NCBI GenBank assembly: GCA_030432695.1
Contig: JAUILN010000011.1
Location: 88,950-152,949 of the forward strand
Source of the DNA: a bacterium
GTDB taxonomy: Bacteria > Planctomycetota > UBA1135 > UBA2386
Direction of reading: 5' to 3'
DNA length: 64,000 bases
The notes under the pieces: generated by a model
Told to the model about the DNA's origin: nothing
What the model saw: the letters and a program-made list of their open reading frames with translations, nothing else
Databases searched by the model: none
Program-made: the position numbers and the translations under genes
Part shown: piece after piece, positions 9,079-18,617 of the stretch
Layout of the letters: each line of letters opens with the position of its first letter
Position numbering within the stretch: position 1 is the stretch's first letter

Positions 9079-10458
9079 TCACTTCAGGTACTCGATCGGC
9101 TCTTCGTCGGGAACAGCGACCATCTCGTGCTTCGAGACGCGAAGTAGCCGATCGAGACGCTCTGCCGACAGGGCCAGATCCGTCGGGTCGGCATCGGCGC
9201 CGTACATGTCGGTCTGGTAGCGCATGGAGACTTCTCCTTCCGCCGACACTTCGTACCCGCAACCGAAGACGAACACTCTCGGCTCGGCCCATCGCGACCA
9301 TGGTGTTGGCGCCTCCGAAGGCCTCCGGCTCTCGAGCGACAGGGCGTCCGAGGGCCTCGGCAGACTGAGCCGCACCCCGTCTTCCTCGCGATTGTATCGG
9401 GTCGTCGCGTGGATGACGGCAGACCGCTGAAAGCCACGTGCAACGAAGACCACCCTACCCCGCGCAGCAACTCCGTTCAGCTTGTCGGATTGTCCGACCG
9501 GATCCTCCAGCACCCAGAACTGCGCCTTGCCGGCAATCTCCTCCAGCACCAGCGCTGTGTTCTGGGCATACATGCTCTGCCAATCGAACGCCGCATTGGG
9601 TGTGGGAGCGAAATGCGCTGTCTCGGCACCAGGGATACCGTGGGTGCGGCATGCGAAGAAGTGGTCGCCCCGGCGGCGGAACAGACCCTCGAAGAGGGCC
9701 ATGGACCGACGATGAACTTCGCCGACGGGCTGGGACAGGAGGGGAGCTTGCGAGGAGCCGTAGAGCTTGGCGACCGCATCGCCCGCGGGCGCTGCGAGCG
9801 GCAGGCGAAAGTCGACCTCGGTTCCGTTCGCCAGGACATCGACGCGCATTGGCCCGAAGATGCGGTCCCACTCTTGATCGGGAGACCAGGGCACGAGATA
9901 GGGGAACGAGTCCCGAGGCAATGACCGCTCGACCCGACCGGCTGCACCGAATTCGGGCAGCCGAGGAATCTCGAAGTCGGAGCCGCTGATCGCAGACTGC
10001 AGGGCGTTGGCATGCAACATGGTGTCGGCGCGTCCCAGCTCGGTGGCGCTGACGAAGCCGAGAGTATGAGCCGTCTGCAGTGGCTTGACGCGAACTCGAA
10101 TGCCGGTCGGAGTCGCGAGGAAGCGAGCGAGCACGCCACGCTCACGATCCGCCCGCTGCAACGGTTGGCCGTCGAGCCGAATCGCGAGGTCTGCCGGTGA
10201 CTTCGGCAGCCCGATCTCGACCGCGTGGGATTCCGAGAATCCCACATGCCTTCGCTCCTCCACCTGATGGATCCGAGCGAACTCACCGCTCACATGGGCG
10301 CGGACCGCGTCTCGGGCGCGCTCTTCGTTCGAGGCAACCTGAGGCATCGCCCCGAGGAACCCCGTGAGCAGGAGTGGTGCGAGAGAGTAGGCGACCATGG
10401 CAATCAGCTCGGCAGAGGTAGACAGCAGCTCGGCAGCGGTAGACCGGGACAACGGCAT
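9079..10458 (-). CDS. Hypothetical protein with N-terminal hydrophobic anchor
   Basis: Long ORF with balanced, protein-like composition. It has a hydrophobic segment MVAYSLAPLLLTGFLGAM near the N-terminus and no motif I recognise. The start could also be the Met at 10398. Confidence 0.55.
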   Translation of the reverse strand: MPLSRSTAAELLSTSAELIAMVAYSLAPLLLTGFLGAMPQVASNEERARDAVRAHVSGEFARIHQVEERRHVGFSESHAVEIGLPKSPADLAIRLDGQPLQRADRERGVLARFLATPTGIRVRVKPLQTAHTLGFVSATELGRADTMLHANALQSAISGSDFEIPRLPEFGAAGRVERSLPRDSFPYLVPWSPDQEWDRIFGPMRVDVLANGTEVDFRLPLAAPAGDAVAKLYGSSQAPLLSQPVGEVHRRSMALFEGLFRRRGDHFFACRTHGIPGAETAHFAPTPNAAFDWQSMYAQNTALVLEEIAGKAQFWVLEDPVGQSDKLNGVAARGRVVFVARGFQRSAVIHATTRYNREEDGVRLSLPRPSDALSLESRRPSEAPTPWSRWAEPRVFVFGCGYEVSAEGEVSMRYQTDMYGADADPTDLALSAERLDRLLRVSKHEMVAVPDEEPIEYLK

Positions 10459-10673
10459 CGATCAACGGGCAGCGGCCGACCGACGGTCGGGCTCGCGCCC
10501 GTCGACCCGGTCGCGGCAAGACCAGTGGAAGCCCGATGAGCCGACGAGGACCGGCGCCACGAACAACGCCACACGATCACGATACGTGACCCATCCCATC
10601 GAGAACGAACTCTCCGGAGGGCCGCCGGGCCAAGGAGACTCTCCCGGAACCCGACCGGCATCCGTTCGATGCG

Positions 10674-11552
10674 CTACTTCACCACCGCCCGCGTCGACGC
10701 CTCGGCATTGTATGGCAATTCGACCTCGCCGCTGAGCCCCAGCCTCTCACCGATCGCGCGCAGGTGGTGGTCGAGCCCGATCTCGCAACCCGGGATGAAA
10801 CCGGGCACGGTGACCACGTGGGCCAAGACGCCGCCGAGTGCGCGGTGCATCGCGCCGCGGCCGACCCAGACGAGATCGCCCGTCTCGACCGGGATTTCGC
10901 GGATCAGCTCAGCCGCCTGATCGCGCGTGACCGAGTCGGGATCCTCGATCGCAGCGACCTGCTCGGAGACGAGCACGCGGCCGCCGGGTCGCACGTCCTG
11001 CACCAGGTACATCTCGTCGAAGCCACCCTCGCGCGGGTGGTAATGCGAGAACGAGTCGGTCATCGCCACGCGGTGGCAGTTGAGCGCGCGGTAGTTGTAG
11101 GGGCCGTTCCTGCCGAGCCAGGTGAGCACCACGCGGCGGTAGGCGTCGGCGGCGGTGGCACAGCCGCCGGGCTCGTCGGTGATGAGGGGATCGTGGTCGG
11201 GACGCAGGATGCTCGGGATCGCGGCGTCGATCTCATTCGTGGTCGTGAAGGCGAGCAGCCCGAGCGGCGCATCGGCGATGAGCGACGCGCCCGGGCGAAG
11301 GACCACCACATCGCCGACGGTCACCGGCGAGCGGTCGGCACCGACCGTCACGTTGCCCGTACCGTGGTGCACGAAGACCACCCGCGGGCGATCGCAGGCT
11401 TCGAGCTCGCGGCAGTCTGCCGACCAGCTCAGGTCGTAGTCCGGATTGAACGCCACGAACCGCTCGCGCAGCGCTGCGAAGCCCTCGGCGGCGTCGCGGC
11501 CGAGGTGCGCGACGCGAAAGGAGTCTCCCGCCCTCACCATGACGCCATCCAC
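10674..11552 (-). CDS. Cupin-fold (bicupin-like) protein
   Basis: Two cupin-like halves are VVFVHHGTGNVTVGADRSPVTVGDVVVLRPG and HYHPREGGFDEMYLVQDV...GDLVWVGRGAMHRALGG. The track start is a GTG at 11552. An ATG at 11540 is also possible and would overlap the upstream stop (ATGGTGA). Confidence 0.6.
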   Translation of the reverse strand: MDGVMVRAGDSFRVAHLGRDAAEGFAALRERFVAFNPDYDLSWSADCRELEACDRPRVVFVHHGTGNVTVGADRSPVTVGDVVVLRPGASLIADAPLGLLAFTTTNEIDAAIPSILRPDHDPLITDEPGGCATAADAYRRVVLTWLGRNGPYNYRALNCHRVAMTDSFSHYHPREGGFDEMYLVQDVRPGGRVLVSEQVAAIEDPDSVTRDQAAELIREIPVETGDLVWVGRGAMHRALGGVLAHVVTVPGFIPGCEIGLDHHLRAIGERLGLSGEVELPYNAEASTRAVVK

Positions 11553-12799
11553 TCCTGCAGCCGCTCGGCCGCGGTGTCGGCATCCTCGATCGCGCCCGCT
11601 GCCGACGCCAGCTCGACCAGCCGCACGTAGTGCCCGCGGTCGCGGCAGCGCTCGGCGTGGTTCACCAGCATGGCATTGTCCTGATAGCCATTGAGCCAGC
11701 TCAGGAAGGCCAGACCGGCCTTGTAGTGCTGGGTCGGCGCCTCGAACACGTGCTGACCGAGCGCCTCGCAGGGCGCCGCGATCGCGCGGTAGCCCGCCAC
11801 GTCGCCCTGCGCCAGCAGCTCGAGCGCCACGCCGAAGGGTCGGGCGATCGCGTCGAAGATGCCGAGCAGTGCGTGGCTGAAATCGCCGTGGGTCAGCGGA
11901 CGTCCCGCGAACTCGCCGACCCGCACGATCGGCATCGGCAGCTCGCGTGCCGCATCGCGCGGATCGCCGCCGAGCACGAGTTCACCGAAGTGGAAGTCGT
12001 CGCCGGTGAACACCACCTGGTCGCGGTCGGCGATGCTGCGTCGCACGCCGAGTTCCATCGCGTCGTCGAGCAACGACAGCTTGCAGCCGCGCACCTTGGT
12101 GGGATCGAGCGCCAGGATCCGCGCGAAGCTGTCGCCGGGGAAGTAGCCCTGCAGGCTGGCCAGGAACATCGGGCCGAGCCAATGCAGGATCAGCGGGCCG
12201 TGGACCCGCTCGAGGATCCGCTCGTGGACCTTCACGAAGCCGTCGGCGTCGTAGCCGTTCTCGAGCAGCCAGACCATCGGCAGCAACACCGCGACTCCGC
12301 CATGCTCGCGGATGCGCTCGCACTGCCAGGCCACCGCCTCGACCAACTCGCGCTCGGAACCGGGCGGATGGCCGAGGTGGTCGGTGGAGGCGCCGGCGAC
12401 GAAGCCCGTCTCGAGACCGAGCCCCCCGCAGATCTCGATCAGCCGGTCGGCGGCTGGCCACCCCAGCTCGAAGCGCTGCGCGGTATCCATCGCCTCGGCG
12501 ATGCCGAAGCCGTGGCTGCCGAGCCGCGTGCGGAACGCCGCGGTCGCCTTCCAGTCGACGAAGTCGGCGATCTCGCTGGCATCGCCCGGCGCGTCGACCG
12601 AGTGCGCGACGTCCGCATACTCGGGACGCATCACCACGTGAGCCGCCGCGAAGCAGGTCCGGGTGCGAGGCGCATGGCCCTCTGCCACGTCGCCCCGGAG
12701 TCGCTCGAGGTGCGGCTCCAGCCAACGGCCATCGAGTTCGATCGACCGTCCGGCGACGGTCACGGTTCTGCGCTGCGATGCTCGACTCGGGGTGTCCAC
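11534..12799 (-). CDS. DUF993-like protein (assignment from memory, start uncertain)
   Basis: Protein-like ORF with segments FAAAHVVMRPEYADVAHS, DWKATAAFRTRLGSHGFGIAEAMDTAQR and LILHWLGPMFLASLQGYF, which I associate with the DUF993 family. The track start at 12976 would overlap the divergent NRAMP gene, so I chose the in-frame GTG at 12799. Confidence 0.5.
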   Translation of the reverse strand: MDTPSRASQRRTVTVAGRSIELDGRWLEPHLERLRGDVAEGHAPRTRTCFAAAHVVMRPEYADVAHSVDAPGDASEIADFVDWKATAAFRTRLGSHGFGIAEAMDTAQRFELGWPAADRLIEICGGLGLETGFVAGASTDHLGHPPGSERELVEAVAWQCERIREHGGVAVLLPMVWLLENGYDADGFVKVHERILERVHGPLILHWLGPMFLASLQGYFPGDSFARILALDPTKVRGCKLSLLDDAMELGVRRSIADRDQVVFTGDDFHFGELVLGGDPRDAARELPMPIVRVGEFAGRPLTHGDFSHALLGIFDAIARPFGVALELLAQGDVAGYRAIAAPCEALGQHVFEAPTQHYKAGLAFLSWLNGYQDNAMLVNHAERCRDRGHYVRLVELASAAGAIEDADTAAERLQEWMASW

Positions 12800-12845
12800 G
12801 CCCGGAGGATAGCGCAGCTCGCGTTCCCCACCGCGCCCCCCGCCG

Positions 12846-14552
12846 ATGAACGATTCCGAACCGCCGCTCCTCGACGAGGCCCAGCGTCTGCGCGAGGCCC
12901 GCGCCCGCGGCCCCCTCGCCACGTTCGCCACCTGCCTGAAGCTGTCCGGCCCCGGCTGGCTGCAGAGCGCGATCACGCTCGGCGGTGGCTCGCTGGCCTC
13001 CAGCCTCTACCTCGGCGTGCTCGGCGGCTTCGCGCTCTTGTGGCTGCAGCCGCTGGCGATGGTGATGGGCATCGTGATGCTCAGCGCGATCGGATACGTG
13101 ACGCTGTCGACCGGCCGGCGCCCGTTCGAGGCGATCAATAGCGACGTGAACCCGGTGCTCGGCTGGGGCTGGGCGCTGGCGTCGCTGGCCGCGAGCATGG
13201 TCTGGTCGCTGCCGCAGTTCTCGCTGGCGACCGGCGTGGTGCAGCAGAACCTGGCACCCGGCCTGCTCGGCGCCGAAGGCCCGCTCGGCGAGACCGGCTC
13301 CAAGTTCGTGATCGTGCTCGCACTGGCCGGCGTCGCGACCTTCGTGACCTGGCGCTACGACGAAGGTTCCAAGGGCGTGAAGCTCTACGAACGGCTGCTG
13401 AAGCTGCTGGTCGGCCTGATCGTGCTGTGCTTCTTCGGCGTGGTGGCGCGGCTGACCTTCACCGAGAACGGGCTCGACTGGAGCGAGGTCTTCGCCGGCT
13501 TCGTGCCCGACATGGACCTGTTGAGCGCTCCCGCGGCGACCTTCGCGCCGTTCCTCGATCGCCTCGAGGACGGCGCGCGGACCTTCTGGACCACGCGCAT
13601 CGTGAGCGAGCAGCGCGACGTGATGATCTCGGCGGCGGCGACCGCGGTGGGCATCAACATGACGTTCCTGCTGCCCTACTCGATGCTGCGCCGCGGCTGG
13701 GGTCGCGACCACCGCGGGCTGGCGCGGGTCGATCTCAGCGTCGGCATGCTGATTCCTTTCCTCCTGGCGACGAGCTGCGTGGTGATCGCCGCCGCGAGCC
13801 GCTTCCACACCGAGCCGGTGCCCGGCCTGCTGACGTCACCCGGGGTCGAGACCACCGCCGAGGTCTCCGCCGGCACACGCGGCAGCTTCGAGGGGCTCTG
13901 CGACGCGCGCCTCGCCAACCAGCTCGGCGCCGCCGAGTTCGCGGCCGTGAAGCAGCACGGCGGCGACGCGCTCGTGACCGCGCGCCAGGCCCTTCCAGCC
14001 GAGGAGCGCGCCGTCGCCGCGATGCTCGCCAAGCGCGATGCCTTCGACCTCGCCAAGGCCCTCGAGCCGCTCACCGGCGACCTGTTCGCCAACATCCTGT
14101 TCGGCCTCGGCGTGCTCGGCATGGCGCTGTCGACGATCACGCTGCTGATGCTGATCTCAGGCTTCGTCTGCTGCGAGATCCTCGGCCTGCCGCAAGGGGG
14201 TCGCGCCCACAAACTCGGCTGCCTCACAGCACTCACCGGCGTCCTCGGCCCGTTCCTGCCCGGCGCGATGTTCTACCTCGCGGTCCCCACCTCGGTGTTC
14301 GGGATGATGCTGCTGCCGATCGCCTACTGGACGTTCTTCCTGATGATGAACAGCCGGAAGCTGCTCGGCGACGACCTGCCGAAGGGTGGTGCGCGGGTGG
14401 CTTGGAACGGGTTGATGCTGGTGGCTGCCGGAATGGCGACTGCCGCGAGCCTCTACAGCATCCAGGCAAAGACCGGGGTGTGGGGCCTGGCGGCGCTGGG
14501 CGGGTTCCTGCTGGTGGCGGTGGTGGTGGGGATCGGGCGGCGCGGACGCTGA
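12846..14552 (+). CDS. NRAMP-family divalent metal transporter (long form with soluble insert)
   Basis: The motif GPGWLQSAITLGGGSLASSLYLG is typical of Nramp/MntH. There are many hydrophobic segments across 568 aa. A roughly 100-aa hydrophilic insert (…PGVETTAEVSAGTRGSFEGL…AKALEPL) is not present in typical MntH. Confidence 0.8.
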   Translation: MNDSEPPLLDEAQRLREARARGPLATFATCLKLSGPGWLQSAITLGGGSLASSLYLGVLGGFALLWLQPLAMVMGIVMLSAIGYVTLSTGRRPFEAINSDVNPVLGWGWALASLAASMVWSLPQFSLATGVVQQNLAPGLLGAEGPLGETGSKFVIVLALAGVATFVTWRYDEGSKGVKLYERLLKLLVGLIVLCFFGVVARLTFTENGLDWSEVFAGFVPDMDLLSAPAATFAPFLDRLEDGARTFWTTRIVSEQRDVMISAAATAVGINMTFLLPYSMLRRGWGRDHRGLARVDLSVGMLIPFLLATSCVVIAAASRFHTEPVPGLLTSPGVETTAEVSAGTRGSFEGLCDARLANQLGAAEFAAVKQHGGDALVTARQALPAEERAVAAMLAKRDAFDLAKALEPLTGDLFANILFGLGVLGMALSTITLLMLISGFVCCEILGLPQGGRAHKLGCLTALTGVLGPFLPGAMFYLAVPTSVFGMMLLPIAYWTFFLMMNSRKLLGDDLPKGGARVAWNGLMLVAAGMATAASLYSIQAKTGVWGLAALGGFLLVAVVVGIGRRGR

Positions 14553-14580
14553 CCGCCCGGCTCCCGCGCAACGACCCCGC

Positions 14581-15654
14581 TCACCGGTCGCGCAGCAACT
14601 CCGCGAGCCTCGCCTCTGCCTCGGCGAGCCAGCCGAGGTAGAGATGCTCCTCCTCGAGGTGTGCCTTCAAGGGCGGCATCGCCGAGTCGACGAGGTAGTA
14701 GAGATCGCCATCGAGGGCCTCGAACGACGAGTGTCGAGAGGTGATCAAGTTCAGCTTCTTCAGCCGGGTCTCGAACGGCTCGAGATGGCGCCGGTACTCG
14801 TCGACGGTCGGCGGCGGATTGTGGGTCAGCGGCTCGATCAGCCCGGTCAGGAGCGCGATCGCCCGCTCCTTCTGCACGCGGGCCTCGGCAACCTCGGGGG
14901 ACTCGTCCTCCTCCCCCTCGGCGAGCGGTGGCGGACCGAGGACCGTCTTCGGCAGCTCGGCGGCCAGATAACCACCGACCCGCGCCAGATCGTCGCGATC
15001 CCGCCGATGTCGCTCGAGTTCCTCGCGACACCGTGACAGCACCGACGCGGACTCGCGCTCGGAGACATCGGCCAAGACGTCGCGGATCAGCCGCATGCCG
15101 AGGGTCTCCGCATCCCTCCCGATCCAGATGCCGTCGCCACGACCGTGTCCGACCAGGTGCCGCGAGAACCGGAGCAGCGTGTAACCGTCGTTCAGCGCCA
15201 GCCGGGGCTGCGCCTCCCGAACGACGTAACCGTGCGCGGCGACCACCTGCACCACCTCGCCGAGCCGCTGACAGACATCGCCCCCCTCGTGGAGCAGCGC
15301 CGGACCTTTGGCGAGGATCTCCTCGAAGCGCGGCGCCGGGAGCACCGCCGCCTGAGCGAACAGCTCCCGCGCCTGCGCAGACCTGGCGACCGCGTCGCCC
15401 CAGACCTCCTCCGAGAACTGCCAGGCGTAGCAGGGCACGCCCAGCTCGGTCGGCAGATACGAGTTCTGGTAGGTCTCGTCGAGGCCGAAGGCCGCGAGGA
15501 GCGCGGTGTGGCTCCGCTCGTAGAGCTCGGCGGTGCGCGCCGCCAGGTCGGGCTCCGGAGTGCTCGTCGCTTCCTGAGCTCCGCCGCGGGATAGGATCAG
15601 CAGGAGTGCGAGGACGCAGATGCCCCGCCGCGACCGACGAACGTGGTTCGACAT
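14581..15654 (-). CDS. Hypothetical secreted protein
   Basis: The N-terminus MSNHVRRSRRGICVLALLLILSRGGAQE is signal-like. Composition is helical and protein-like, with no recognisable motif. Confidence 0.6.
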   Translation of the reverse strand: MSNHVRRSRRGICVLALLLILSRGGAQEATSTPEPDLAARTAELYERSHTALLAAFGLDETYQNSYLPTELGVPCYAWQFSEEVWGDAVARSAQARELFAQAAVLPAPRFEEILAKGPALLHEGGDVCQRLGEVVQVVAAHGYVVREAQPRLALNDGYTLLRFSRHLVGHGRGDGIWIGRDAETLGMRLIRDVLADVSERESASVLSRCREELERHRRDRDDLARVGGYLAAELPKTVLGPPPLAEGEEDESPEVAEARVQKERAIALLTGLIEPLTHNPPPTVDEYRRHLEPFETRLKKLNLITSRHSSFEALDGDLYYLVDSAMPPLKAHLEEEHLYLGWLAEAEARLAELLRDR

Positions 15655-15709
15655 GGGCGGAACCTACTTCGCGACGGGATCCGCTGCCTACCCCCTGGCG
15701 CCGGATCCG

Positions 15710-16909
15710 CTAATCGAACGCCCGCTCCATCCGCACCAGCGCCGCGTCGACCCAGGAACCCGAGCGGATCTCTAGTCCTTCGAGCCACGTGACGGCGCGT
15801 TTGGGCATCGCGCCGCTGCGGCCGAGGTCGGGACCGAGGTGCGACTCGTCGATCGAGATGCGGGCCCCGTGCACGGCATAGCGGCGCAGCTCACCCGATT
15901 CGGCGTCCCATTCGATCGTCACCCGGTCGTTGGCCAGCGCGATCTCGCCGTAGCTGAAACGGGCCTCGGCACCGTGGATCTCCAACGGGAACTCCATCGC
16001 ATTGGGATACGCGAAAACCAACGCCCTCTCGGCGGTCGCGCGGATCAGCAGGACTTCGTTGCCATACCAATAGACCACCGCGAACCGGCCGCCGCGGACC
16101 TCGCAGCGGATCGTCTCGGCCTCGACGAGCTTCATCTCGGGAAGCGGCAGGTGGGACGGCACCCAGTGCGGCGAGCGGACCTCGAAGTCGTGGCGGTAGC
16201 CGTCGGCCGGGAGCTGCCACGGCTCCGGGCTGCAAGGGTCCTCGGCGTCATCGGGGCGAGCCTCGAAGTCGCAGCCCTCGACCAGCCCGACGCCGCCGAT
16301 CGGGATCTGCTGGAACGAGTCGGCGAGCTTCAGGGGCGTCTCGCTGTCGAGGTAGCGCCGGACGCCGCCGACCCGGACCGAGGCAATCCGACCCGACTGC
16401 TCGAACCAGCGGACGATGAGCCGCTCGCGAAGCAGGAGCACCACGTCCTCGTAGTCCACGGTGTCCTTCTCGACCGCTTCGGCGCGCTCGTCGTCGAGGA
16501 CCTCGAAGGCGCGGGCGTGGACGCCCTCCCCGAACGGGAAGGGGATGACCAACGCGCGGCCCTCGCCGAGATCGACCGCGAGCGCCTCGGGGACCGCCTT
16601 GCAACAGGCGTGGTGCAACGGCGCATAGCGGGTCGCCATCTCCACGACCTGCCGACCGCCGCGCTCCTCCTCGACCACCGAGTTGCGACGCCGCCGGCCG
16701 ACCTCGTAGGCCACGCCGCCGAACGCCGCGCAGGCCGCCGCCACGCCGGCCCAGCCGGGCTCCATGTTCCACGACAGCCAGACCGACAGACCCGCGGCGA
16801 GGACCACGACTCCGACCACGCAGCCCGGGCCCTCCGGGAGGTGCCCTTCCAATTCGGCGGCTGTCGCGTCCGTGCGACGCACGCGCACCCATGCCTCGGC
16901 CTGCATCAT
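15710..16909 (-). CDS. Hypothetical membrane protein (two N-terminal TM segments)
   Basis: The hydrophobic segments VVGVVVLAAGLSVWLSW and WAGVAAACAAFGGVAY are followed by a soluble domain. Composition is protein-like, with no recognisable motif. Confidence 0.55.
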   Translation of the reverse strand: MMQAEAWVRVRRTDATAAELEGHLPEGPGCVVGVVVLAAGLSVWLSWNMEPGWAGVAAACAAFGGVAYEVGRRRRNSVVEEERGGRQVVEMATRYAPLHHACCKAVPEALAVDLGEGRALVIPFPFGEGVHARAFEVLDDERAEAVEKDTVDYEDVVLLLRERLIVRWFEQSGRIASVRVGGVRRYLDSETPLKLADSFQQIPIGGVGLVEGCDFEARPDDAEDPCSPEPWQLPADGYRHDFEVRSPHWVPSHLPLPEMKLVEAETIRCEVRGGRFAVVYWYGNEVLLIRATAERALVFAYPNAMEFPLEIHGAEARFSYGEIALANDRVTIEWDAESGELRRYAVHGARISIDESHLGPDLGRSGAMPKRAVTWLEGLEIRSGSWVDAALVRMERAFD

Positions 16910-17024
16910 GCGGAGATTCGGCGCAGCCGGTCAGTCGCCCCGAGGCCGCGGCCGCGCCACGCTTCATGGTGCCGCGGATGCGGCCGGACCGCCAACCCTC
17001 TCGGCGTGGACTCAGGGCCTTTGC

Positions 17025-18479
17025 TCACCGCGCGGTCCGCGCCTGCTTGATCGCCCTGACCCGCGCCGCCTCGGGACGGGCCCTATAGAGGTCGTCGAGC
17101 GGATAACAGCCGCTGACCATGCCGTTGCGGGGCGCGGTCGTGCAGTCGGAGAAGGTCCGGCAGATGAGCTTCTTGCGCAGGGCGTCGCCGCGCAGAACGT
17201 CGAGCGGCAGCTCGGGGTAGGAGAGCAGCATCCGACCCAGGCCGACGAAGTCGACGTGGCCCTGAGCGACCTCGTGGTGCGCGACGTGCGGCAACCACTC
17301 CTGGAGGTAGGTGTAGCCGGTGCCCACCAGGACGAGATCGGGGCAATGCGCCTTGGCGGCCCGCACCACCTGCAGATGGCGGAACACCGACGCGAGCGGG
17401 TCCTCCGGCGGCAGATAGCCGTCGCTCGGCGGGTAGGCGGCGGGTCGCTGCAGGTGCGGGCAGTAGTAGGGCGAGCCGAGGGTGACGTTCACCAGGCGGA
17501 CGTCGAGCTGCTCGCAGAGCTGCAGGAAGGCGAACGGTTCGTCGAGGTCGAAGGCGTAGACGTCAGCGCGGCCACGGCCGAAACCCGCGGCTTCGACGAC
17601 GTCGGCGGTGAAGCCGTCGGGCTCGCCGATGCGGCTGCCGGGCGCCGGACGGAACGGCCCGACGTCGGCCAGCGACACGCGCACGCCGATCGCCAGCCCG
17701 GGACACGCGGCACGGATGCCGGCGACGATCTCCACGAACAGGCGGGTGCGGTTCGCGAAGCTACCGCCGTAGGCTCCTTCGCGACCCTTGGCGCCGAGCA
17801 GCTCGTGCAGCAGGTAGCCGTGGCAGGCCTTCACGTCGACGAAGTCGAAGCCGGCCTCCTGGGCGAGGCGCGCGGCGTCGACGTAGCAGGCGCCGATTGC
17901 CCGCAGGTCGTCGTCGGTCAGGAGCGTTGCGTCGTCGTCGATGCCGAGCCGGGCGTCGAGCACCGGATGATGGGCGGCGATGCGCGGCGCGGGCGGGCCG
18001 ACCGGCCGCGACCAGCGTCCCGAGTGGGTCAGTTGCAGGCCGACCAGCACGTCGCCGTCGGCCCCGACCTCGGAACGTCCCAGTTCGATCTCGGCGAGAA
18101 GCGCCCGCAGATCCGCGACGACGGCGCCGTGGTCGGCATGCAGATGGAGCTGGTTCGGGTTCGCCCGACCGTCCTCGCGGACCGCGAAAGCCTCTCCGCC
18201 CCAGATCAGTGCGGCCCCCGAGCGGCCGAAGCGACGCCAACGGCGTAGGGTCAGCTCGGTTGGCCTTCCCTCGGCCGTGCCGTCCCAGCCCTCCATCGGA
18301 TGGGCCGTGAATCGGTTCGACAGATGCTTACCGGCAACTTCGAGCGGCCGCGCGAGCGCGGAGTCCGCACCGAACGGCGACGGATCGGCCCCGAAGCCGG
18401 GATCGACGCCCCGCAGGGCCTCGCGGAACGAATCCAGGTCCCTGAAGTGGCCGGGCGGGACGAAGCGGTCGCGCGACAT
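17025..18479 (-). CDS. NADH:flavin oxidoreductase, Old Yellow Enzyme family
   Basis: Motifs are HPMEGWDGT, LQLTHSGRW, DFVDVKACHGYLLHELLG and YGGSFANRTRLFVEIV. ORF 17025..18623 is trimmed to ATG 18479 (MSRDRFVPPGHF), which removes the overlap with the divergent gene. Confidence 0.8.
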   Translation of the reverse strand: MSRDRFVPPGHFRDLDSFREALRGVDPGFGADPSPFGADSALARPLEVAGKHLSNRFTAHPMEGWDGTAEGRPTELTLRRWRRFGRSGAALIWGGEAFAVREDGRANPNQLHLHADHGAVVADLRALLAEIELGRSEVGADGDVLVGLQLTHSGRWSRPVGPPAPRIAAHHPVLDARLGIDDDATLLTDDDLRAIGACYVDAARLAQEAGFDFVDVKACHGYLLHELLGAKGREGAYGGSFANRTRLFVEIVAGIRAACPGLAIGVRVSLADVGPFRPAPGSRIGEPDGFTADVVEAAGFGRGRADVYAFDLDEPFAFLQLCEQLDVRLVNVTLGSPYYCPHLQRPAAYPPSDGYLPPEDPLASVFRHLQVVRAAKAHCPDLVLVGTGYTYLQEWLPHVAHHEVAQGHVDFVGLGRMLLSYPELPLDVLRGDALRKKLICRTFSDCTTAPRNGMVSGCYPLDDLYRARPEAARVRAIKQARTAR

Positions 18480-18617
18480 GTCCACCGATCGGAGCCCGCC
18501 GACGACTCCGGCGCAAGCTTCGGAGGTGTCCGGCGGTCGCGTTGACAGGTCGGGCCAAGGCCGTACCTTGGAAAAAGCCCTGCTGCCCTGCTCCTTCCCT
18601 TCCCGAGGTTGTTCCCC

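Noticed and set aside
11982-13808. 608-aa minus-strand ORF antisense to the NRAMP gene
   Set aside because: The composition is extreme in Arg/Ala/Gly/His. The opposite strand has a bona fide NRAMP motif and TM pattern. This is a classic shadow ORF.
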